Of a stretch of DNA of 32,000 nt, positions 6,982 through 16,490 are shown in pieces. Positions within the stretch are counted from its first letter, which is position 1; every line of letters starts with the position of its first letter. The notes beneath the pieces were generated by a model. The model did not search any database, was not told the origin of the DNA, and saw only the letters and a program-made list of their open reading frames with translations. The position numbers were made by a program, and so were the translations under genes. This stretch comes from an uncultured Nitrososphaerota archaeon (GTDB lineage Archaea; Korarchaeota; Korarchaeia; Korarchaeales; Korarchaeaceae). The DNA is taken from positions 30,001-62,000 of the forward strand of contig CAYZRF010000006.1 in the NCBI GenBank assembly GCA_964480775.1, written 5' to 3'.

Positions 6982-7893
6982 CTATTCGCTTCCTTCTTCA
7001 CCTTCGCCGCCAACAAGCTCTTCTCCAGTTTTCACTAGGGCCATTAGTTCCCCGATATCCAGCTTCTCCCCCATTTTTAGTTTTTGTTTTGCAATAACAG
7101 CTACTTCTTCTATGATTTCTTCTTCAACTTTCTTTTCTTTTTCTTGTATGATCTTCTTTATGTTCTCTCGTATCTCTCTAAGCTTTTCAAACAAAGAATT
7201 GAGCTCTTCGCGCAATTTATCTGCTTCTTTACTCTTTCTGCTGATTTCCTCATCTAACTTTTCAACTTCGCTTCCAAGTTGGTCTAAAGAAGTCATGGAC
7301 TCTCCTATCTTTTTCTTGAGATCCGCTATTTCTCTACCTTTCTCTCTTAATCTAGCGGAACTTTCATTTAGGAAAAATCTCCACCTTCCAGCCTCAGCAG
7401 CGGCTTCAAGATGCTCTTTCTTTATTTTCTTTGCTCTTGCGTATTCCCCCAACATAGCTTCAAAGTAGCCTATTCTCATCACAATTTCTCTTTCCTGCTC
7501 TACGGTCAGTCGACCAGTTTCAATTCTCCTTTCTAGCGCCCCAATTCTCCTTCTAAGTTCCCTTTCAGATATAGGAATTGATGAAATGATTTCCTCATAC
7601 TCATTCTTTAATCTCATTGCCAATTCTTTGGCCTTCTTGTATGTCTCAAGAACCTCGTTTCTCTCCTTTTGAAGTTCTGCATATTCCTCCTGAGCTCTTC
7701 TTTTTTCTTCAATAAGCTCTCTTACCTTTTTCCTTTCTTCTCTAATTTTATTGATGAGTTCACGCCTTTTTTCTCTCAATGATTTAATTTCATCAATTAT
7801 GCTTCTTCGTTGAGTCTTTAGCTTTCTAATAGCCTCCCTAGTGCTGGTAAGGCTTTCTCTTAGCTCCTCTATTGATTGGGTTACCGTATCCAT
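6982..7893 (-). CDS. Archaeal coiled-coil protein (COG1340-like)
   Basis: A 303-aa protein that is almost entirely E/K/R/L heptad-like sequence, with an acidic C-terminus. Confidence 0.6.
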   Translation of the reverse strand: MDTVTQSIEELRESLTSTREAIRKLKTQRRSIIDEIKSLREKRRELINKIREERKKVRELIEEKRRAQEEYAELQKERNEVLETYKKAKELAMRLKNEYEEIISSIPISERELRRRIGALERRIETGRLTVEQEREIVMRIGYFEAMLGEYARAKKIKKEHLEAAAEAGRWRFFLNESSARLREKGREIADLKKKIGESMTSLDQLGSEVEKLDEEISRKSKEADKLREELNSLFEKLREIRENIKKIIQEKEKKVEEEIIEEVAVIAKQKLKMGEKLDIGELMALVKTGEELVGGEGEEGSE

Positions 7894-7984
7894 TTGTTTT
7901 GCTCTCCTCTCGCTTATTCATTGGTGGAACCGCGGGCGCTCTAAGTGAGCGCTGATGTCTTTTAATCTTTCCTCTTCCAACCAA

Positions 7985-8200
7985 CTACAACTCCACTAGG
8001 TAGATGTCAGCACACGCCCTAACATTTTCATACGGGACGGTTTTCACTTTTCCGCCCTTCTCTGCGGCCAATATGATTGCAACAATGCTTCCTAGCTGGT
8101 CATCAAATATAAAATCATCAGCATATCCCAAAAACTTACCTTCTAAAGTGTAAACTTCTTTATCGAAGAGTTCAGATACCCTTTTGGCCATATTTTTCAC
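7985..8200 (-). CDS. PRC-barrel domain protein
   Basis: A 71-aa protein with the pattern L..KEVYT..G..LG...D.IFD...G.I..I.L, typical of small archaeal PRC-barrel proteins. Confidence 0.6.
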   Translation of the reverse strand: MKNMAKRVSELFDKEVYTLEGKFLGYADDFIFDDQLGSIVAIILAAEKGGKVKTVPYENVRACADIYLVEL

Positions 8201-8203
8201 CTC

Positions 8204-8896
8204 TTACCTCAAAATGATCCTCGCATCCACTACTTTTATTCCATTCGGATATGCCATTGTCGGATTAAGATCCATTTCAGCTATTTCCTCAATTTCTAAA
8301 CCCATCTCTCCTACTTTGATCAATGCATCCTTAATTGCTTCAATGTCTACGGGTTCTGAGCCTCTGTAGCCGTACAAAAGCGGCTTTGCTTTAATTTCAT
8401 TTATCATATCCTCTGCATCGTGCTCAGTAAGAGGAGCAACTCTAAAGCTAACATCCTTGAATACTTCGACAAATACACCGCCCAAGCCGAACATGACAGT
8501 GGGTCCAAATTGTGGATCTCTGATCAGCCCAATTATAACCTCTAAACCTTGAGGGGCAAACTCCTGCACCAACATTCCAACAACTTTTGCATCAGGTTTA
8601 TTTTTCTTTACGTTAGCTAGAATCATTTCATATGCCTTTTTTACACCCGCAGAATCCTTTATATTAACAATTACTCCACCAACATCGCTTTTGTGTATTA
8701 TATCCGGGGAAATGATCTTTAAGACCACAGGAAAACCGATTTCCTCTGCTGCCTTTATGGCTTCATCTACGCTATGAGCTACTCTAACTTTTGTGACAGG
8801 TATGCCGTAACCTTCAACTACGGCTTTTGCCTCATGCTCAAGTAGGCCTCTACCTTCTTGCTTAGCTCTCTCAATCATTCTTTTGATTTCTATCAT
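8204..8896 (-). CDS. acdB: Acetyl-CoA synthetase (ADP-forming), beta subunit (ATP-grasp)
   Basis: The N-terminus (LLEHEAKAVVEGYGIPV), FPVVLKIISPDIIHKSDVGGV and the NP...V.DARI C-terminus all match AcdB / ATP-grasp_5 proteins. Confidence 0.8.
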   Translation of the reverse strand: MIEIKRMIERAKQEGRGLLEHEAKAVVEGYGIPVTKVRVAHSVDEAIKAAEEIGFPVVLKIISPDIIHKSDVGGVIVNIKDSAGVKKAYEMILANVKKNKPDAKVVGMLVQEFAPQGLEVIIGLIRDPQFGPTVMFGLGGVFVEVFKDVSFRVAPLTEHDAEDMINEIKAKPLLYGYRGSEPVDIEAIKDALIKVGEMGLEIEEIAEMDLNPTMAYPNGIKVVDARIILR

Positions 8897-8922
8897 TCTA
8901 GACCACCAGGACCCTCACTCAC

Positions 8923-10140
8923 TTAAATCTTACGATGCCTGAACCTAAGTTTCCACTTAGGCTCAGTTGACGCCTTTTCCTCTTCCTCCTTCAAAAATCT
9001 ATCAGGGGGAACATAATATCTTCCAGCTGCATCCTTTTCTATTAATCCAGCGATCACCATAGCTTCAAGTCTTGTCCTCTCCTCACTTGGAGTGGCCTCT
9101 AGGGCCTCAGCTATGGCCTCAAGCCCCGCAGGCCCACCATCAAATTCTTCTACTAAAACAAAAAGCTCTCCTTTGTATTTTTCTACACATTTCTTGACGT
9201 AGTTAAACTTAGGGGCATCAACCTTGAGAATGCTGTCTAGAACATCCATATCAACTCTTCTTTTACCTAAGAGAACAGCAAGGTCGACAGCCCTACCCAA
9301 GAGTCTAAGTAATCTTCTTGGATTTCCTTCTATGAGTTCATTTATTTTGACAACCACTTCCTCTTCTAAGGGCATCCGAGAGGACCTTTGAACCTGATAG
9401 GCCTTGATTCTTTTTTCTACTAACAGCAAAGCTTCTTCATTCGTCAACGGATGCATGAAAAATCTGTGATGAAGTCTAGACGAAAGAGCTGGAAAATTCT
9501 GATCTACCTTCTCATAGGTTCCGTCGCTCATGGCCATTGCCACAACTATTCCCTCTGGCATCGAAGATACTATCTCTCGAATTGCTTCAAAGAAAATAAA
9601 TCTCCAATACTCTCCCATCTGAATTGCGTTATGCAAACCATCTAGCAGTATAGCTGCTGGCCTGTGTTTCACTAACGCTCCTAAAATTATATCTCCCATC
9701 TTAACAGGAGAAGATCTGATTTCTTCCAATTCCTCTTCTGGAATTGCTTCACTATACCCAAGCAAACCCTTCTTTATCTTAACAGTAATACCAGCTGATA
9801 AAGACATGGCCGTCTTAATGAGCATGTCAAGGACATCTGGCCCTGAAGCCATAGCTACGTCAAAGTATATGACCTCGCCACCTGCCTTTTCAATAGTATC
9901 CTCAATGACCATTAATCTATGGGTTCTACCACTACCTTTTGGTCCAGTAAGTGCGAAAAACGCTGATCCAGAACCAGCAATTGTTTCTGCGACCATCGCC
10001 AGGAGAAGACCATCCCCTTCTTGTTTCACAAAGAAAGAGGAAGCTTCTTCTGGGCTAATTAGAGATAGGGCTTTAAATGGATTTCTCTTTAGCCCTAGGA
10101 GTTTCTCATAAGCCCTAATAGGGGGAGTTGAAACGCTCAA
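8923..10140 (-). CDS. P-loop NTPase with C-terminal winged-helix-like domain (non-canonical AAA+-like)
   Basis: Walker A is LTGPKGSGRT. The Walker B-like segment AAILLDGLHN has D-G rather than D-E. A GNPRRLLRLL helix resembles the Orc/Cdc6 lid. The C-terminal AGLIEKDAAGRYYV looks like a wHTH. The start is TTG. Confidence 0.55.
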   Translation of the reverse strand: MSVSTPPIRAYEKLLGLKRNPFKALSLISPEEASSFFVKQEGDGLLLAMVAETIAGSGSAFFALTGPKGSGRTHRLMVIEDTIEKAGGEVIYFDVAMASGPDVLDMLIKTAMSLSAGITVKIKKGLLGYSEAIPEEELEEIRSSPVKMGDIILGALVKHRPAAILLDGLHNAIQMGEYWRFIFFEAIREIVSSMPEGIVVAMAMSDGTYEKVDQNFPALSSRLHHRFFMHPLTNEEALLLVEKRIKAYQVQRSSRMPLEEEVVVKINELIEGNPRRLLRLLGRAVDLAVLLGKRRVDMDVLDSILKVDAPKFNYVKKCVEKYKGELFVLVEEFDGGPAGLEAIAEALEATPSEERTRLEAMVIAGLIEKDAAGRYYVPPDRFLKEEEEKASTEPKWKLRFRHRKI

Positions 10141-10497
10141 CGCCTTAACCTACCCCATTCTTTCTTAATTAACTCCAAATTTATCGGCATCCCTATTAGA
10201 GTAGGCTGAGTTTGATCTTTTATAAGTTGTTCTGGACGCTGAGTTAAGTCTTATTTGAAAGATAAGCTAAACCGCTCTATATCTGCCTTCATAGGGATTA
10301 GACAGAGTTAAAGAAGAATAATGGTCCCACGGCTTTCATCTTATGACGTTTTCGCAACATATAAAGAGGGATAATTAGCGAACGAGCCAAATGGGCGTAC
10401 TATAAAGTTTCTCGGTTGTTAGAATCGGTTTAAGAAAAATGGGCTAACTTTTTAACCCAACACTCCATTCACTACAGCAGGTTGGGAGGTTACGATT

Positions 10498-12714
10498 TTG
10501 CAGAAGTACAAGAAAGTGCTAGATCACCTAAGAGATCTTATGCTTGATCCAAAAAACATCAAAAACATAGGTATTATAGCCCATATCGATCATGGAAAGA
10601 CTACTCTATCAGATAATCTCCTCTCAGCAGCCGGAATGATTTCAGACAAAATGGCTGGTGAGATGCGAGCACTCGACTATCATGAGATTGAGCAAGCTAG
10701 AGGAATAACGATCAAGGCAGCCAACATATCTCTCTACTATGAATGGGAGGGCAAAGAATATGCCATCAACTTAGTAGACACCCCTGGACACATAGATTTC
10801 ACAGGACACGTCTCGAGATCGCTAAGGGTAATAGATGGCGCAATCGTTGTTGTAGATGCTGTCGAGGAGGTCATGGTTCAGACAGAAACAGTAACGAAAC
10901 AAGCGTTGGAAGAAAGGGTTAGACCCCTTCTCTTCATAAATAAAGTAGATCGTCTGATAAAAGAACTAAAGCTGACGCCCCAAGAGGTTATGGAGAAGAT
11001 TTCTAGGATCATAAGTAAAATGAACGAGCTAATTGATGCTTATGCAGAACCTCAGTTCAAGGAAAAATGGAAGCTGAGCTGGGATAATGAAAGCGTGGCA
11101 TTTGGTTCAGCACTTCATGGATGGGGTCTGACAAAAGGAATAGCAGAAGCCCAAGGAGTAAAATTCTCTGATATAATCAAAGCTTACGAGGAAGGAAAGG
11201 GCGAGGAAATAAAGAAAACCCTTCCAGTTCACAAGGCTCTACTAGATATGGTGGTTAGACACGTTCCAAACCCAATCGAGGCTCAAAGATATAGAATAGA
11301 CAAGATATGGAAGGGAGATAAGGAAGGAGAACTTTATGATGCCCTGATAAGCTGCTCTGCAGATGGCCCACTTATAATCGGGGTCAATGCTGTTAAGGTG
11401 GATCCCCATGCCGGAGTGGTTGTTACAGGAAGGATCTTTAGCGGAACTGCTTACGAGGGACAGCAAGTCTATCTTCTTAACGCTAGAACAACCCAAAGAA
11501 TTCAGCAAACAGCTTTGTACATGGGACCATATAGGCTAAGAACAGAGAGAATTCCTGCTGGGAACATAGCAGCATTTCTAGGCCTTGATAAGGCAAAATC
11601 TGGGGAAACATTGGTTGAAGAATCAGTCAAAGACTTAGTTAAGGGGGGTTTTGAGGCAATACACTATGTCACTGAGCCCGTCGTTACCGTGTATGTGGAA
11701 CCAAAGAGGCCACAAGATCTTCCGAAACTAATTGATGAGCTAAGAAAAGTAACCATTCAAGATCCAAATTTGATAATGGCCCATAATCCAGATACAGGTG
11801 AAACTCTCCTAAAAGGAACTGGCCCACTACACATAGAGATCTCACTTTATGACATCAGAAAGAAGGGACTAGAGTTCGAGGTAGGAGAACCGACGGTAAT
11901 TTACAGAGAAAGCATAACGAAGGAGGGCGTTGAGGTCCTAGCAAAGAGTCCTAACAAACTTAACAGGCTTTGGGTAAGGGTTTCTAAGATGGATGATACA
12001 GCCCTTAATCTCATAAAGTCTGGGGAAATACATGAAAGAATAACAATCAGAGACGTGGCCAAGATATTGCATGATAAAGCTGGTTGGGACGCAAGAGAAG
12101 CTAGAAACATCTGGAAAATCGATCAAGAAAACTACAACCTTTTCATAAACTCTACAGTTGGTGTGCAAAGGCTAGACGAGGTAAAAGAAACACTTAAACA
12201 AGGCTTTATGTGGGCCATGAAGGAGGGGCCGCTTGCGGGCGAACCCATGATGGGCCTCGTAGTTAGGTTAACGAATGCTATGATTCATGAGGACCCTGCA
12301 CACAGAGGACCTGCTCAGATGGTACCTTCAATTAGAAGGGCAATTTACGGCTCTGTTCTCTCAGCAGACCCAGTTCTTCTTGAGCCAGTCTATGAAATTC
12401 AAATAACGGCACCACCTGAACTCATAGGGGACATCATCGGACTTATTTCTCAAAAAAGAGGTAAAGTAGCTGGAATAGAGGAAAGGGGAAGAATAGCAGT
12501 AATAACGGGTCATATTCCAGTTAGAGAGACTCTAGGAGAGTTTAGCAATGAAATGAGGAGCGTAACTAGTGGCAGGGCTTTCTGGCAGACAAGATTCTCT
12601 CACTGGGCTCCGCTTCCGAAGGGGCTAATGGAAAATGTTATCTTAGAAATAAGAAAGAGAAAAGGAATGAAACTGGAAATACCAAAGGCAGAAGAATATA
12701 TGGACAAATTGTAA
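10498..12714 (+). CDS. fusA: Translation elongation factor 2 (aEF-2)
   Basis: AHIDHGKTT (G1), DTPGH, NKVDR, and the diphthamide-region HEDPAHRGPAQ. The TTG start has GGGAGGT 7 nt upstream. Confidence 0.97.
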   Translation: MQKYKKVLDHLRDLMLDPKNIKNIGIIAHIDHGKTTLSDNLLSAAGMISDKMAGEMRALDYHEIEQARGITIKAANISLYYEWEGKEYAINLVDTPGHIDFTGHVSRSLRVIDGAIVVVDAVEEVMVQTETVTKQALEERVRPLLFINKVDRLIKELKLTPQEVMEKISRIISKMNELIDAYAEPQFKEKWKLSWDNESVAFGSALHGWGLTKGIAEAQGVKFSDIIKAYEEGKGEEIKKTLPVHKALLDMVVRHVPNPIEAQRYRIDKIWKGDKEGELYDALISCSADGPLIIGVNAVKVDPHAGVVVTGRIFSGTAYEGQQVYLLNARTTQRIQQTALYMGPYRLRTERIPAGNIAAFLGLDKAKSGETLVEESVKDLVKGGFEAIHYVTEPVVTVYVEPKRPQDLPKLIDELRKVTIQDPNLIMAHNPDTGETLLKGTGPLHIEISLYDIRKKGLEFEVGEPTVIYRESITKEGVEVLAKSPNKLNRLWVRVSKMDDTALNLIKSGEIHERITIRDVAKILHDKAGWDAREARNIWKIDQENYNLFINSTVGVQRLDEVKETLKQGFMWAMKEGPLAGEPMMGLVVRLTNAMIHEDPAHRGPAQMVPSIRRAIYGSVLSADPVLLEPVYEIQITAPPELIGDIIGLISQKRGKVAGIEERGRIAVITGHIPVRETLGEFSNEMRSVTSGRAFWQTRFSHWAPLPKGLMENVILEIRKRKGMKLEIPKAEEYMDKL

Positions 12715-12734
12715 GGATAAGTGCCCTAAGCACA

Positions 12735-13316
12735 CTATCCTCCTACTTCTTTTGCTTTTCTATGAGAAACTATTAGCCTCATTAGCGTTGTTATGTATCC
12801 AAAGATAATTAGAAGAATTAGACCTGTTTTAAGTATATTAAGCGCAGTCGAAATAGATATTATAATAAGTCTTTCAGGTCTTTCTACGATTCCTGTCGTA
12901 ATCTCAGAAAGCCCCTCTCCTTTCGCCCTTGCCCTTATGTAGGAGGGCATTAGGTTTGCATGAATGGCTAATGCGACCAACCCCCATCTAAACTCTTCTT
13001 TGGGTAAGGCGGCTCCCATCCCCATTATAAGGAAAAAATCAGAGAACCTGTCTAGTGTTGAATCTAAAATCCCACCAAACACACTTTCCTTTTTGGATAG
13101 CCTGGCTACAGCACCATCTATAAGATCTAAAAACCCTCCAATTAAAATGAGGGCAGAAGCGACTAATAATCTTCTTTTAAAGAAGGCAATCAAAGCAATT
13201 CCGTTCATAGAAAGTCCTAAAATACTCAAAGTATTGGGTGAGATGCCTGATGAAGCAATAAGATTTCCTAAGGGCTTAATGAAGTCGTTGACTATTGTCT
13301 TTAGTTTCCCAAGCAT
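12735..13316 (-). CDS. CDP-alcohol phosphatidyltransferase family protein (archaeal polar-lipid synthase type)
   Basis: The exact motif D-G-x2-A-R-x8-G-x3-D-x3-D is present in DLIDGAVARLSKKESVFGGILDSTLDRFSD. The protein is multi-pass membrane. AAGGTG SD lies before the ATG. Confidence 0.85.
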   Translation of the reverse strand: MLGKLKTIVNDFIKPLGNLIASSGISPNTLSILGLSMNGIALIAFFKRRLLVASALILIGGFLDLIDGAVARLSKKESVFGGILDSTLDRFSDFFLIMGMGAALPKEEFRWGLVALAIHANLMPSYIRARAKGEGLSEITTGIVERPERLIIISISTALNILKTGLILLIIFGYITTLMRLIVSHRKAKEVGG

Positions 13317-13451
13317 TATTTACACCTTTCAAAGCACTAGACTGTCATTAAAAATGGGATTGTAAAAGCCTTTTGCTCTTACCTTTTGAAGTTTTATGGT
13401 TAAATTTCAAGAAGCTTATCATGCAAGAAATGAAGATACAGCAACTTAAGG

Positions 13452-14177
13452 GTGGATATATTGCCTCATATTAGGGTTGTACTAGTAGAACCCGAAAAAG
13501 CCACAAACGTCGGGATGATAGCAAGGGTGATGAAGAACTTCGGACTTTCGGATCTGTACATGATAAGACCAGCGTTTAACTCTTTCTCTAGAGCTTACTC
13601 TACAGCCATGCGTGCAAGAGAACTACTCTATAGAGCCAAAATCTGCGTAAACTTGGAAGAAGCTCTCGAAGGAACGGATCTTGTAATTGGAACTACAGCC
13701 AAAAGAAGCAGGCATTCTATTGTAAGAAGATCTGTTGAACTTAGTGAATATGTAAGAGAACTCAGATGGGATGCCAAATATGCCCTTGTCTTCGGCAGGG
13801 AGTCCACTGGTCTAAAGGTAGATGAGTTGAAGAAATGCGATGTTGTATTAACTATAGAAACAGATTCAGCATATCCCACCCTAAACGTGGTAAATGCGGT
13901 AGCAATAATATTATATGAGTTTTATACACGGATCAGGAAGCTTGAACAACCTGTTAAACCAGTTAGAAGAAGAACTCGCGAGGTGATGGTGAACTATATT
14001 AGTGAGATAATACATAACCTACCACTGCCAGATCACAAGAAGGAGAGGGCCATCGCCCTTACATCTAGGATGATCTCAAGGATATATCCTTGTGGGATAT
14101 CCGAGGGTGAGGCAGCTTATCTTCTAGGAGTGATTCGAATGGTTAGAGACATTGTAATTGGTGGTGTTCATGTCTAA
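13452..14177 (+). CDS. SpoU-class tRNA/rRNA 2'-O-methyltransferase, TrmJ-like
   Basis: IRVVLVEPEKATNVGMIARVMKNFGLSDLYMIRP is TrmJ/LasT-like, and LVFGRESTGL is present. The start is GTG. The stop overlaps the uL16 start (ATGTCTAA). Confidence 0.75.
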   Translation: MDILPHIRVVLVEPEKATNVGMIARVMKNFGLSDLYMIRPAFNSFSRAYSTAMRARELLYRAKICVNLEEALEGTDLVIGTTAKRSRHSIVRRSVELSEYVRELRWDAKYALVFGRESTGLKVDELKKCDVVLTIETDSAYPTLNVVNAVAIILYEFYTRIRKLEQPVKPVRRRTREVMVNYISEIIHNLPLPDHKKERAIALTSRMISRIYPCGISEGEAAYLLGVIRMVRDIVIGGVHV

Positions 14178-14700
14178 GAGACCTGGATATTGCTATAGAA
14201 GGCTACAAAGACCGTATACTCAGAGGAAGTTCATCAAAAGAATACCACAGAGTAAAGTAAGGAAGTTCGATCACGGTAATCCAAGCGGGGAGTTTGATTA
14301 TCAGGTTAGCCTAGTCGCAACCGCAAGCTTCCAGGTTTTGTCTAAGGCTCTAGAAGCTGCTAGAATGTCTGTAATATCGCAACTTAGGAAGAAGATAAGT
14401 GATAGAGAAGGATTTTTCTTCAAGATAATGCCGTATCCACACCATATTGTTAGGAGACACGCCATGGCATCGGTTCACAAGGCAGAAAGGCTTCAAAAGG
14501 GTATGAGATTGGCCTTCGGTAAGCCTCAAGAGAGAGCGGCCCGAATTAAAAGAGGACAAACCCTCTTGATAATAAAGGTTAGGACAGAAGATTTAGACGC
14601 GGCTAAATATGCTATGAAGATAGCAAAACTAAAATTACCTCCGTTCACTACCATAAAAGTGGAGAAGATAGAAAAAGTTGAGGAAAAAGTGGCGGCTTAG
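14170..14700 (+). CDS. rpl10e: Ribosomal protein uL16 (L10e)
   Basis: The N-terminus is MSKRPGYCYRRLQRPYTQRKFIKRIPQSKVRKFDHGN. I prefer the ATG at 14170 over the track start at 14158. Confidence 0.9.
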   Translation: MSKRPGYCYRRLQRPYTQRKFIKRIPQSKVRKFDHGNPSGEFDYQVSLVATASFQVLSKALEAARMSVISQLRKKISDREGFFFKIMPYPHHIVRRHAMASVHKAERLQKGMRLAFGKPQERAARIKRGQTLLIIKVRTEDLDAAKYAMKIAKLKLPPFTTIKVEKIEKVEEKVAA

Positions 14701-15307
14701 CAAGAAACAGCTTGAGATAATCTTGCAATCCCTAGAACAGTTACCTAATCCAAGACCTGAATTAGAGCAGTATTCAACACCTTCCTCTCTTGCTGCTGAG
14801 ATCTTATATACGGCACTTCTGATGGGAGATATAGAGGAGCGTCAAATTGCGGATCTTGGATGTGGGGCAGGCACTTTCGCTATAGGAGCAGCTCTTCTAG
14901 GGGCAAGTGAGACCATTGGAATAGATATAGATCCCAAAGCCATCGTCACATCTTGGAGAAATGCAAGCTCTCTAAAGATAGGTAATATCAGGTTTTATGT
15001 AACGGATGTTTCAGAATTCAATGAAAAGGTTTATGTAGTGTTTCAAAACCCTCCTTTTGGAGTTCAGAGAAGACACGCAGACATTCCTTTCTTAGAAAAG
15101 GCATTGTCAATATCTAACGTCGTATACACAATCCACAAGGCTGGAAATGAGGACTTTATAACTGATTTAGCCCATAAGTATGGCGGGAAGATAACAAATA
15201 TCATCAAGGGGATGATAAAAATCCCCCGTATATTTGAATTTCATAGGAAGAAATGGAAAAGAGTAGAAGTTTCAGTATTTCGGTTAGTGAGGGAGATGAG
15301 TTGGTAA
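14678..15307 (+). CDS. METTL5-like N6-adenine RNA methyltransferase (COG2263)
   Basis: LEQYSTP, the SAM motif DLGCGAG, DIDP, and the catalytic NPPFG. The start is TTG and is uncertain; it overlaps the uL16 3' end. Confidence 0.75.
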   Translation: MRKKWRLSKKQLEIILQSLEQLPNPRPELEQYSTPSSLAAEILYTALLMGDIEERQIADLGCGAGTFAIGAALLGASETIGIDIDPKAIVTSWRNASSLKIGNIRFYVTDVSEFNEKVYVVFQNPPFGVQRRHADIPFLEKALSISNVVYTIHKAGNEDFITDLAHKYGGKITNIIKGMIKIPRIFEFHRKKWKRVEVSVFRLVREMSW

Positions 15308-15858
15308 AAAGGAGGTTTGTAATACCAGGAGAAAAGCTGGGCGTCATCGAAGAATTTGTTCCTGGAGAAAATGTTTATGTCAATGGTAGTGGTGCCTTAA
15401 GATCTGAAGTTCTGGGAGCACTGAAAATATTAAAGAATAGGGTAGATGTATCTCCCCTTCGCTCTTTAGAACTGCCTCTTAAGGCAGGAGAATTGGTTCT
15501 TGCTGAGGTTTGGGCTAGCGAAACAGCTCGTTTCATAGTGAAGATCGTAGCCAAATGGCACCCCTTTGCTCTACTTACTAACTCTGTTAGCGGCTGGATT
15601 ATGAAAGAAGAAGAAAATAGGCTTATTAGAGTTGGTGATCTTATATTAGCCAAGGTTGAATCCGCTTTATACAACCAAATAATACTCACCGTTTCTGGAG
15701 ACAAGAAGCTGGGAGTTATATACGCGAAGTGCCTAAGGTGCTCAGTTCCTCTTAAAAAGCTAGGAAATACGCTAGTATGTCCTGTATGTGAATCAATTCA
15801 TCTAGATAGGAAGATAAGTCCTTACTATGGGACAAATCCGTTTTCTAAAGGGGCGTGA
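15253..15858 (+). CDS. csl4: Exosome RNA-binding subunit Csl4
   Basis: The N-terminus is FVIPGEKLGVIEEFVPGENVYV. An S1-like core and a C-terminal zinc ribbon CLRCS...CPVC are present. The true start is possibly the TTG at 15301 (MVKRRFVIPG). Confidence 0.75.
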   Translation: MEKSRSFSISVSEGDELVKRRFVIPGEKLGVIEEFVPGENVYVNGSGALRSEVLGALKILKNRVDVSPLRSLELPLKAGELVLAEVWASETARFIVKIVAKWHPFALLTNSVSGWIMKEEENRLIRVGDLILAKVESALYNQIILTVSGDKKLGVIYAKCLRCSVPLKKLGNTLVCPVCESIHLDRKISPYYGTNPFSKGA

Positions 15859-16490
15859 GGGGATTGCCCAAGAGAACCATTGTTCTAAGCCTAAAGGATC
15901 AAGACATTGAGGAGTTTCTAGAATACATAACGCAAAGACTACGGGGCACTGACTACTCTTTGACCTATAAAGATGGAAGGATTTATCTGACAATTCACGG
16001 GAGTCCAAGAGAGATAGAGAACCTCATAAGATCTGCTAGAAAGGCCCATGGAGACTTCATGAGAATTCACAGACCCTTGGCTGGAGTAAGGAGATATCCA
16101 AAGGATTGGTTGGTTGAAAATAGTAGAGGAGTATCTCTTTCTTTACTTGTCAAAGCCTTATCGGCTAGAGGATATGTTGCGGAAATGAGAAACGATGTGT
16201 TGATTTCTGATATTGAGCCAAAGGAGATGCTAAATATATTCGGGCAGCTGAGAGATATATATTGGCCAATCAGATCTAAAATTAGACAAAAAAAGGTCAG
16301 AGAGATCCTAACAATAGCGGCTTTCATCACCAACGAACCTATAGTGTCACTCCTTTACAGAGCCGTGGAAGAAGGTCTAATAAAGAAAACAGAAGATGGA
16401 GTTTATTTATTTGCAATCAATCCCAAGATAGTCCTAGACAAGTTAATAGGTAAAAAAGACCATGAGGAGGGGAGCAAATATGAAATCTAA
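15855..16490 (+). CDS. Conserved-context hypothetical protein between csl4 and rpoL
   Basis: A 211-aa ORF whose GTG start overlaps the csl4 stop (GTGA). Its composition is protein-like. I can name no motif with confidence. Confidence 0.5.
   Translation: MRGLPKRTIVLSLKDQDIEEFLEYITQRLRGTDYSLTYKDGRIYLTIHGSPREIENLIRSARKAHGDFMRIHRPLAGVRRYPKDWLVENSRGVSLSLLVKALSARGYVAEMRNDVLISDIEPKEMLNIFGQLRDIYWPIRSKIRQKKVREILTIAAFITNEPIVSLLYRAVEEGLIKKTEDGVYLFAINPKIVLDKLIGKKDHEEGSKYEI

Noticed and set aside
7112-7468. A 118-aa plus-strand ORF inside the coiled-coil gene.
   Set aside because: It lies antisense to a low-complexity E/K/R-rich gene. Its translation is S/F/L-rich shadow sequence with no motif. This is the typical mirror ORF of a GAA/AAG-rich coding strand.
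10141-10497. A 357-bp intergenic region next to an Orc/Cdc6-like ATPase, considered as a possible replication origin.
   Set aside because: The ATPase lacks canonical Orc1/Cdc6 Walker motifs. I could find only 8-nt repeats (GCTGAGTT twice; ATCCCTAT/ATAGGGAT) and nothing resembling ORB elements. Divergent promoters explain the spacer.
12964-13365. A 133-aa plus-strand ORF overlapping the CDP-alcohol phosphatidyltransferase gene.
   Set aside because: The minus-strand frame carries an exact family motif and membrane topology. The plus-strand product has no features and would overlap almost completely.
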